From a virus, in IMG/VR virus record IMGVR_UViG_3300022693_002623, positions 1 through 6,944 of that record: a stretch of 6,944 nt of DNA; one strand, written 5' to 3'. Below, in pieces: positions 1-4,915 of this stretch. The notes beneath the pieces are model-generated. The model made no database searches, was not told where the DNA came from, and saw only the letters and a program-made list of their open reading frames with translations. Each line of letters starts with the position of its first letter. The first letter of the stretch is position 1. The position numbers and the translations under genes are program-made.

Positions 1-144
1 CGGCTGGTTCGAGTTGACCGATGATCAAGCGAAGGACTGGCGTCAGAACGTTCCTGAGGGCGCAGTCGTTATTATCGACGAAGCGCAGCAGCTGTTCCCG
101 GTACGTCCTTCCAGTCGCCCGGTACCCGATGGTTTAACCGCGCT
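1..144 (+). repeat. Terminal direct repeat, left copy (identical to 6801-6944). Signature of circular closure or a tandem unit
   Basis: Base-by-base comparison of both ends shows 144/144 identity. Confidence 0.97.
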
Positions 145-892
145 CGAAACGCACCGTCATTACGGCTATGACGTGTTTTTTATTACGCAGGAGCCCGGCT
201 TGCTGGACAGCCACGCCCGCAAGATCGCAAACGAACACTTTCACTACGTGCGCCCGTTCCAAGCGCCGATGATCACCGAGTATCACTGCGGTACCGGCGC
301 CATCTCACCGAGCAACCGCGCCGATCTGGCCCGCTGCTCGCAGAAGCGCAAGCCGCTCCCTAAAGCGGCGTTCGGCCTGTATCACTCCGCCGAGGTCCAT
401 ACCCATAAGTTTAACCCGCCCAAGATGCTGTACATCCTGGGCGCCCTGGTCCTCACGGCTGCGGGTGCGTGGTGGTGGTTCTTTAGCAGTTTCAGCATTG
501 GCGGCGTAGATCCCGACGCTGCAAAACAGACGGTCGAGCAGGGCGTACCCATGGCGCCAGGCACAATGCCCACAGAGTCACCCGGCTCCTGGGCCGAGCT
601 ACTCACTCCCGCCGTCTCCGGCGTTCCGTATACCGCCCCGATCTACCGCGAGGCCGCTATGAACGTCCAGGCGGTGCCGGTGGTGTCCGGCTGCATGGCC
701 TTCCGCAATAATCAATCTGATTGCCGCTGCTACACCCAGCAGGGCACTCGAATTCGTGATATGTCCCTGTCGATGTGCAAGCGCGCCCTGGCCGACGGCG
801 TTTTTAACCATCTTGCCAGCGCCGATCCTGCTCCGTCGCGTGCGCCTGACGAGTCGCCTCGCTACAATTCCGGTTCTGATGATCGGGGCTGA
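1..892 (+). CDS. zot: Zot/pI-like phage assembly ATPase, C-terminal about 297 codons (continuation of 6679..6944 across the circular junction)
   Basis: The open frame runs from base 2 to the stop at 890-892. The TTG at 14 used by the ORF track is an internal Leu codon. Contains VVIIDEAQ (Walker B-like), a TM segment MLYILGALVLTAAGAWWWFF, and a C-terminal Cys motif (CMAFRNNQSDCRCYTQQGT) as seen in Zot-family pI proteins. Confidence 0.9.
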   Translation, partial: GWFELTDDQAKDWRQNVPEGAVVIIDEAQQLFPVRPSSRPVPDGLTALETHRHYGYDVFFITQEPGLLDSHARKIANEHFHYVRPFQAPMITEYHCGTGAISPSNRADLARCSQKRKPLPKAAFGLYHSAEVHTHKFNPPKMLYILGALVLTAAGAWWWFFSSFSIGGVDPDAAKQTVEQGVPMAPGTMPTESPGSWAELLTPAVSGVPYTAPIYREAAMNVQAVPVVSGCMAFRNNQSDCRCYTQQGTRIRDMSLSMCKRALADGVFNHLASADPAPSRAPDESPRYNSGSDDRG

Positions 893-1022
893 GCGGCCTT
901 AATGCGATAATCGAATAAGCGGGAAATCATTGACATTTCCAAAACTACATATAAGTCGCTGTTGTTAAACGACTTTTCAAAAGTCAATACCTTTTATCTT
1001 ATTCTAAAAACGCATAACGCCT

Positions 1023-1077
1023 GCAAGCTGCGGGCGAGGGGAGGCGGAGGAACGACGCACCCCCGCCCGCTGCTTGC
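1023..1077. other. Long GC-rich imperfect hairpin in the main intergenic region (candidate packaging signal or minus-strand origin)
   Basis: GCAAGCTGCGGGCGAGGGG (1023-1041) pairs with CCCCCGCCCGCTGCTTGC (1060-1077). That gives 17 bp with one T-T mismatch and one bulged A, and an 18-nt loop. It follows a 28-35% GC stretch (hand count, 901-1020) containing small palindromes: GGAAAT/ATTTCC at 922-940 and GACTTTTCAAAAGTC at 971-985. Confidence 0.55.
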
Positions 1078-1094
1078 CGTTCCCCCGCGGTTGT

Positions 1095-1148
1095 CTAAAT
1101 CCCATATCTTGTGCGCCTGGCGTTAACCTGGCGCACCACATCTTGTGT
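1095..1148 (+). repeat. Hairpin-iteron element, copy A (candidate Rep origin or recombination site)
   Basis: Gapless alignment with 2342-2395 matches 45 of 54 positions, including a 23-nt perfect block (CTAAATCCCATATCTTGTGCGCC) and an 11-nt perfect block (ACATCTTGTGT). Internal hairpin: GTGCGCC (1111-1117) pairs with GGCGCAC (1130-1136). ATCTTGTG occurs on both flanks (1106-1113 and 1140-1147). Confidence 0.8.
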
Positions 1149-1153
1149 TGGGG

Positions 1154-1480
1154 TTAAACGTCCAGCAGGTATTGCACTGGCGATCGGTGCTTCCGTTCCA
1201 GTTCCAGCTTGAGCTGCTCCACAATCCAGAGGCTCATCACGTCGCCGGCGCTGTATTCGACCCCGGCCGGGTCGATCAGGAAGCTTCCGCGCATCCGCCA
1301 GTGTGACCAGGTCGGGCAGCTGGTCGGTAAGCGGCCGTCTCGATGGATGGTTAGCAGTTGGAGTGCCCAGGCCGGTGCCTGGTTAGATCTGAGGTATTTC
1401 CGTGCTGTGCTGACGTGGACGCCGATCAGGTCGGCGATTTGGCGGGGGTGCAGCCCGAAGGCCGCTGTTCTGAAGTCCAT
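1154..1480 (-). CDS. Small DNA-binding regulator with N-terminal HTH (resembles DUF3653-type phage proteins from memory)
   Basis: 108-aa ORF. Strong SD GGGAGA lies 5 nt upstream of the ATG (minus strand, 1486-1491). HTH-like segment QIADLIGVHVSTARKYL. The tail WSHWRMRGSFLIDPAGVEYSAGDV resembles the W-x-W-R-x-R-G-x-L-x-x-P-x-G motif. Starts 23 nt downstream of the preceding minus-strand ORF, so the two likely form an operon. Confidence 0.7.
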   Translation of the reverse strand: MDFRTAAFGLHPRQIADLIGVHVSTARKYLRSNQAPAWALQLLTIHRDGRLPTSCPTWSHWRMRGSFLIDPAGVEYSAGDVMSLWIVEQLKLELERKHRSPVQYLLDV

Positions 1481-1503
1481 ATCGATCTCCCGTTACCGGA
1501 AGA

Positions 1504-1893
1504 TCATGCTACTTGACGCTTTAACCCGGGCCGATCCTCTATTGAACATAATATACAGAGTCGATCCGTCAGCCAGATCCCATAGGGCAGGGCAATCAAG
1601 CCAAAAATCGTTGCAGCTGAATGGCTTACGGCTCGAAATCGGGCCTTCCACATTTCAACCCGCTCAGGGTCCTCCGAGCGTTCCGCTCGCGCCAGCTCAC
1701 ATATCGCGATGACCTCTGCGGGATCCATTTCGATCACTTCCGCTATCTTCCATGCCGTTTCGTTGCTGAAGCCTGTCCCGCCCTTGATCGTAGAAATCGC
1801 CGCTTTCGTAAGGCCTAAGCGTTTCGCTGCTGCGTAATCGCTCGGAAGGCCAAGTTTTTCTCTGTACATCACGATCAGCTCATATGGCGTCAT
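1504..1893 (-). CDS. Cro/CI-type HTH repressor-like protein with a hydrophobic C-terminal segment
   Basis: 129-aa ORF. SD GAGAGGA lies 7 nt upstream of the ATG. HTH-like segment YAAAKRLGLTKAAISTIKGG. Transcribed divergently from the replication/structural operon, like inovirus immunity repressors. The C-terminal stretch AATIFGLIALPYGIWL is hydrophobic. Confidence 0.7.
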   Translation of the reverse strand: MTPYELIVMYREKLGLPSDYAAAKRLGLTKAAISTIKGGTGFSNETAWKIAEVIEMDPAEVIAICELARAERSEDPERVEMWKARFRAVSHSAATIFGLIALPYGIWLTDRLCILCSIEDRPGLKRQVA

Positions 1894-2003
1894 TCTGGCG
1901 TCCTCTCGGTGAGATGGTTCAATTATTCTTGACTACCCTTCCCCCTACAAGGTAAAAACCGTTTTAACCGGTTCAGAGACTCTGAACCAATAAGAAAAGG
2001 GGA
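1894..2003. promoter_or_regulatory. Divergent promoter/operator region between the repressor operon and the + strand operon
   Basis: + strand candidate: TTGACT (1929-1934), 18 nt, TAAAAA (1953-1958). Minus-strand candidate: TTGTAG (rc of 1945-1950), 17 nt, AATAAT (rc of 1922-1927). Palindromes: AAAAC-C-GTTTT (1955-1965), AACCGGTT (1966-1973), and a perfect 19-bp GGTTCAGAG-A-CTCTGAACC (1970-1988). An extra GGTTCA half-site sits at 1916-1921. Confidence 0.55.
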
Positions 2004-2009
2004 ATGGGG

Positions 2010-2192
2010 ATGACCGAACGCTGCCGCCTTTGCGATGAACCCGCCGAACTCGGGGATCTGTGCGTCGAGTGCGAAGACCGCGCTATCACTGATTCCACTG
2101 CCTCGCCATGTCCGTTGTTCTTTGACTATCAGACCCGTGTGCTCATCGGTTGGATTGCTTTGTGGGATCTCCGAAGGGAGCTGCGTCCATGA
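2010..2192 (+). CDS. Small Cys4 (CxxC-x8-CxxC) zinc-ribbon-like protein, first gene of the + operon
   Basis: The ORF track starts at 2004. The in-frame ATG at 2010 has better spacing to the SD AAGGGGA (ending 2003). Sequence: MTERCRLCDEPAELGDLCVECEDR... The stop overlaps the next start (ATGA at 2189-2192). Confidence 0.55.
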   Translation: MTERCRLCDEPAELGDLCVECEDRAITDSTASPCPLFFDYQTRVLIGWIALWDLRRELRP

Positions 2193-2590
2193 TCGTCAAG
2201 CTTTCGCCCTACATGTCCCCCTTTGCCCCGCCCGCTGAGCCCGGCGTTTACTGGCTCGGCCTGGAACACCAGGGCTACGCGCTCCACGACGGTCACGTCG
2301 TCGCCTGGATCGAGCGCCGCCGAGCTAAGCTGGCTGCCGCGCTAAATCCCATATCTTGTGCGCCAGGCAGCTGCCAGGTGCACAACATCTTGTGTCCATC
2401 TTCGGAAAGCGTCGAGTTGGTATTGGCCTCCTGCGGCCTCGGCCACATGGCCGCGCCTCGCCGGCCTCAGCGTTTCAGCCATGACCCCGATTTTCTACAC
2501 GCGCTGGCGTCGGATGGCATTCGGGCCGCAGGCCGTAGGGTAGGGCGTGAGCCTGCCCGGCCTCGCCGGCAGCAGGAGCGCCGCTCATGA
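2189..2590 (+). CDS. Hypothetical protein (133 aa). Repeat copy B is embedded in its coding sequence
   Basis: The internal ATG at 2189 in the 2150..2590 ORF is preceded by SD GAAGGGAG (2173-2180) and overlaps the upstream stop as ATGA. The N-terminal about 50 aa look protein-like (MIVKLSPYMSPFAPPAEPGVYWLGLEHQGYALHDGHVVAWIERRR). The C-terminal half is Arg/Pro/Ala-rich and low in complexity. Confidence 0.45.
   Translation: MIVKLSPYMSPFAPPAEPGVYWLGLEHQGYALHDGHVVAWIERRRAKLAAALNPISCAPGSCQVHNILCPSSESVELVLASCGLGHMAAPRRPQRFSHDPDFLHALASDGIRAAGRRVGREPARPRRQQERRS
2342..2395 (+). repeat. Hairpin-iteron element, copy B
   Basis: Same architecture as copy A. GTGCGCC (2358-2364) pairs with GGTGCAC (2377-2383) with one G-T wobble. 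The inner stem is GGC/GCC. ATCTTGTG occurs at 2353-2360 and 2387-2394. Confidence 0.8.
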
Positions 2591-3027
2591 AGCGCCGCGA
2601 TCCGATCCCGCACCTTATCGCCGTAGGCGATGACAGGCCGCAGAACGCCGCTGAACAGCGCACAGGCGTTTCACGGCCGTTACCTCGCCCCCGGTCCCCC
2701 TGGGACCCGCACGGCCCCCAGACGGCCTCACAGCGCACGCTGGCGCGATTCCGGGCAGCCCGGCGACCCGCTGCCGCACCGAACGGGAATCCCCGCCCTG
2801 AACAACGCCTTTCACGGCCCAGCAGCTCTCACCAGGTCGAGCTGCAACTCGATTTGTTCCCCACCCCGGTGTCTTCCCCCGAGTCTCCCACCGGGGCTTT
2901 TTCTTCTGCCGATCGGCACGATCGGCAAGGGGCGGTCCTTGTAACACCGCCCCTTTGTCTCATGAGTGAGACTTCCACCGACCGTTTGGACAGTACTTCC
3001 GACTGTCCAGGGGGTGACCGCGAATGA
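2587..3027 (+). CDS. Hypothetical Pro/Arg-rich protein (146 aa). Coding status and frame uncertain
   Basis: Has ATGA overlaps at both ends (2587-2590 with the upstream ORF, 3024-3027 with rep). However, the product is low-complexity, the region is very GC-rich, and ORFs of similar length exist in another + frame (2630..2944) and on the minus strand. Confidence 0.3.
   Translation: MKRRDPIPHLIAVGDDRPQNAAEQRTGVSRPLPRPRSPWDPHGPQTASQRTLARFRAARRPAAAPNGNPRPEQRLSRPSSSHQVELQLDLFPTPVSSPESPTGAFSSADRHDRQGAVLVTPPLCLMSETSTDRLDSTSDCPGGDRE
2927..2972 (+). terminator. Tandem hairpins about 50-100 nt upstream of rep (terminator/attenuator-like, or an ssDNA origin structure)
   Basis: Perfect 9-bp stem AAGGGGCGG (2927-2935) / CCGCCCCTT (2947-2955) with an 11-nt loop, followed by TGTCT. 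A second hairpin GTCTCA-TGAG-TGAGAC (2957-2972) follows immediately. The palindrome GCCGATCGGC lies at 2908-2917. Confidence 0.35.
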
Positions 3028-4046
3028 TGATCGACTGGGTCACCATCCGGGTGCCGTACGAGGAGCTCAGCGATCACGCCAGGGCCGTCTGCCTGACTAT
3101 TGGCGACCGGATCACCCGCTACTGCCCCCAGACAGGTGATGAACGCTGGACGTCCGCTGCTTGGGACAGCATCCGGAGCGATTCTCACCAGATCGCGCTG
3201 AAAGCCGGCGGGGCCGAACTCTGGATTCAGGGGTCACCCGCAAGGGTCATCGGCAGAGGTGACGCCGTGTTTGGTGCCGGGGCGTCTGCCGCGCTCGATC
3301 TGCGTGGCTGCGCCGATCACATGATCAGGTGGGTGGCCGCCCATCTGGGCACCGATCTGCCCGGCCCGGAAGCCTGGATTCTGTCCCGCATCGATGTGAC
3401 CGAGAACTTGGCGCTTTCGAGTCTCGCTGAGGTGCGCCAGGCACTTTCGATCTTGCGGGAGTGCGAGGGTGGCCGTTACCGGGTCAGCCAGCAGGCAGGC
3501 GACACCGTGTACTGGTCGCATCGATCAAAGCACCGGGCGGGCAAGGCGTACGCCAAGGGCCCGCACCTGACGTACATGATGAAAAAACCCGACTACACCG
3601 GGTGCAACTACACGGCGCAAGAGATCGCGGATGCAAACCGCCTTTTGCGCCTGGAATTGAAGCTCGGGCGCGCATGGTTCGAGCGCCATGACTGGCTGAC
3701 GTTAAAACCCGAGGAATTGAAGGCTGAGTGGAGCAGCTACTTCGAGCGAATGATTGGAGATGCGGATATGACTGGCGAAGACGAACTCAAGGAACGTGTT
3801 TTTCAGGTGGCTAAGACGGAAGGGCAGGCTAAAGCGGCGCTCGGGCTGTGGGCGCTTATTCAATCTCGCGGATGGGAAGCCGCCCGGGAATTACAGAGTC
3901 GTCCCACGTGGTACCGCAATTTAAAGATTCTCCGGGCTGCTGGCCTGGGTGATGCCGATCTGGCTAAAGGTCAGGTCGTTCCGATCCGCAAGCGCATTAT
4001 CGAGGCGCAAGCGGTGACTTCCTGGGCGCAACTGCACGCCGCTTAA
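3024..4046 (+). CDS. Rolling-circle replication initiation protein (inovirus gene II-like; Rep_trans/CRI-like)
   Basis: 340-aa ORF. The N-terminus MMIDWVTIRVPY and the Tyr motif GDTVYWSHRSKHRAGKAYAKG (Y-x-x-x-R-S...K-x-Y-x-K) match my recollection of these Rep families. It sits directly upstream of the ssDNA-binding gene. SD-like GGGGGTGA lies at 3010-3017. Confidence 0.8.
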   Translation: MMIDWVTIRVPYEELSDHARAVCLTIGDRITRYCPQTGDERWTSAAWDSIRSDSHQIALKAGGAELWIQGSPARVIGRGDAVFGAGASAALDLRGCADHMIRWVAAHLGTDLPGPEAWILSRIDVTENLALSSLAEVRQALSILRECEGGRYRVSQQAGDTVYWSHRSKHRAGKAYAKGPHLTYMMKKPDYTGCNYTAQEIADANRLLRLELKLGRAWFERHDWLTLKPEELKAEWSSYFERMIGDADMTGEDELKERVFQVAKTEGQAKAALGLWALIQSRGWEAARELQSRPTWYRNLKILRAAGLGDADLAKGQVVPIRKRIIEAQAVTSWAQLHAA

Positions 4047-4063
4047 AGATAGGTAGAGACGTT

Positions 4064-4351
4064 ATGAAAATTGAAATTATCAAAGGCCATGAGCAGCCCA
4101 TCTCCCGGATGATCACTACTCAGACTGGTCAGAAAACGATTCACGAACAAACCGCCTACGCACACATGGGCGGCGCTTTTCCCGTGGAATTTAAAATTCC
4201 TCTGAACAGCCACGGCGACGCCTACCCAGTAGGCGAGTACACCCTGCACCCCGGTTCGTTCAGCGTTAACCGCTTCGGCAGTCTTGAGATTAATCGTTTC
4301 GAGATTCGCCTTGTCGCTGAAAAGTCCCTGTCAGCGGCTAAGACTGCGTGA
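4064..4351 (+). CDS. ssDNA-binding protein (inovirus gene V-like)
   Basis: 95 aa, immediately downstream of rep. The sequence pattern (AYAHMGGAFPVEFKIPL...YPVGEYTLHPGSFSVNRFGSLEI) is typical of small OB-fold gene V proteins. Confidence 0.75.
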   Translation: MKIEIIKGHEQPISRMITTQTGQKTIHEQTAYAHMGGAFPVEFKIPLNSHGDAYPVGEYTLHPGSFSVNRFGSLEINRFEIRLVAEKSLSAAKTA

Positions 4352-4530
4352 TTTTCGCCAAGCGGAGCGCGGAGGGGCTTTGCCCCGGAGGTCCGAGGGA
4401 CCGTTACCCGTATGGGATGAGACCCAGGCTCAGCGATGTTATGCGCCCTGTGGGTTTCCCGCACGGCTCAGTTACAGAGTAGGGCCCGCTCCGCAGGACG
4501 GACACAACCGTTTCAGAAACAGGAAAAAAA
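4352..4530 (+). other. Structured non-coding spacer between the gV-like gene and the coat module
   Basis: No credible ORF. Three short GC stems with 3-nt loops: GGGGC-TTT-GCCCC (4374-4386), GGTCC-GAG-GGACC (4390-4402), TGTGGG-TTT-CCCGCA (4449-4463, one G-T). They are enclosed by an 8-nt complement, GCGGAGCG (4362-4369) / CGCTCCGC (4487-4494). Confidence 0.5.
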
Positions 4531-4734
4531 ATGGAATTAATAGCGTGTGATGGTGAATGGCAACAAGGCCCCGATGGGTCAGCTATTTGTTCTGGCACGC
4601 TTCAGGTCGTCCCCGGTGGTGGTCCTTTTGGTTTGCCACCGATGACGTACGACGATGCCAATATGCTTCTAGCCTCTATCGGCATCCTTTGGGCTGCGGT
4701 GTTCTGTGTTCGGCAGGCTCGCAGATTATTTTAA
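4531..4734 (+). CDS. Small membrane-anchored protein, candidate minor coat protein (g7/g9 position)
   Basis: 67 aa. AGGA plus an A-run lies upstream of the ATG. C-terminal TM segment MLLASIGILWAAVFCV is followed by the basic tail RQARRLF. Located just upstream of the major coat gene. Confidence 0.55.
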   Translation: MELIACDGEWQQGPDGSAICSGTLQVVPGGGPFGLPPMTYDDANMLLASIGILWAAVFCVRQARRLF

Positions 4735-4753
4735 CCTCGCGTGGAGAAACGTC

Positions 4754-4885
4754 ATGGATTTTACCGGCGTTGATACTGCGATCACCGGTGCACTCACCGA
4801 CCTGTCTCCGATTGGTCTGGCTGTGGTGACTGTGATTGCAGGCATCTGGGCGTTCCGGCAAGTCAAGAGCATGCTGGGACGTTAA
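4754..4885 (+). CDS. Major coat protein (g8p-like, 43 aa, no cleavable signal peptide, Pf3-like architecture)
   Basis: Hand translation: MDFTGVDTAITGALTDLSPIGLAVVTVIAGIWAFRQVKSMLGR. It has an acidic N-terminus, a hydrophobic core and a basic C-terminus. SD GGAGA (4743-4747) lies 6 nt upstream. A strong terminator follows immediately, as after gene VIII in Ff phages. It is below the ORF-track length cutoff. Confidence 0.8.
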   Translation: MDFTGVDTAITGALTDLSPIGLAVVTVIAGIWAFRQVKSMLGR

Positions 4886-4891
4886 TCAGGG

Positions 4892-4915
4892 TGGCCCCTT
4901 CGGGGGCCATTTTTA
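4892..4915 (+). terminator. Rho-independent terminator after the major coat gene
   Basis: TGGCCCC (4892-4898), TTCG loop, GGGGCCA (4903-4909), then TTTTTAT. Confidence 0.85.

Noticed and set aside
14-16. TTG start codon assigned by the ORF track to the 14..892 ORF
   Set aside because: It is an internal Leu codon of the Zot/pI gene, which starts at ATG 6679 and runs in frame through the circular junction.
382-811. Minus-strand ORFs 382..606 and 599..811
   Set aside because: They are antisense to the well-supported zot gene, have low-complexity products, and lack an RBS.
943-970. TGTTGTTAAAC (960-970) matches 8/11 of the XerD-arm consensus TTATGTTAAAT
   Set aside because: The adjacent 11 nt match only about 3/11 of a XerC arm, so I could not build a complete 28-bp dif-like site. 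The match is probably chance in AT-rich DNA.
1090-1163. Possible XerC/XerD dif-like attP in or next to repeat copy A (GCGCA core, GTTAAAC at 1153-1159)
   Set aside because: Aligned by eye to the E. coli-type dif, the minus-strand reading gives about 7/11 in the XerC arm but only about 4/11 in the XerD arm. In the + strand reading, the GTTAAAC segment is 4 nt out of register with a 6-nt central region.
1209-1818. + strand ORFs 1209..1712 and 1621..1818
   Set aside because: They are antisense shadows of the two regulator genes. The regulator genes have strong SDs and recognisable HTH motifs, and these ORFs have neither.
2035-2543. Alternative + frame ORFs 2035..2238 and 2358..2543, and the 2150 start of the 2150..2590 ORF
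   Set aside because: They lack an SD and overlap better-supported frames. The ATG at 2189 has an SD and an ATGA junction with the upstream gene.
2455-2570. 11-mer GCCTCGCCGGC repeated at 2455-2465 and 2560-2570, and recurring GGCCTC motifs
   Set aside because: A few repeated 11-mers are expected by chance in 6.8 kb, more so in GC-skewed sequence. There is no flanking similarity.
2475-3188. Minus-strand ORFs 2475..2738, 2615..2947 and 2829..3188, and + ORF 2630..2944
   Set aside because: They overlap one another in very GC-rich DNA, where long open frames arise by chance. The minus-strand ones would run against the operon, and 2829..3188 overlaps the rep start. I did not call them, but the true frame in 2600-2950 remains uncertain (see findings).
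3234-3691. ORFs 3234..3521 (-), 3461..3691 (+) and 3484..3675 (-) inside rep
   Set aside because: They are embedded in the well-supported Rep frame, with Arg/Pro/Gly-rich products typical of off-frame GC-rich sequence.
4043-4861. ORFs 4043..4249 (-), 4222..4464 (-), 4284..4550 (+), 4404..4598 (-), 4557..4829 (+) and 4676..4861 (-)
   Set aside because: They overlap the gV-like, 67-aa and coat genes or the structured spacer. They have no SD, and their products lack any recognisable motif.
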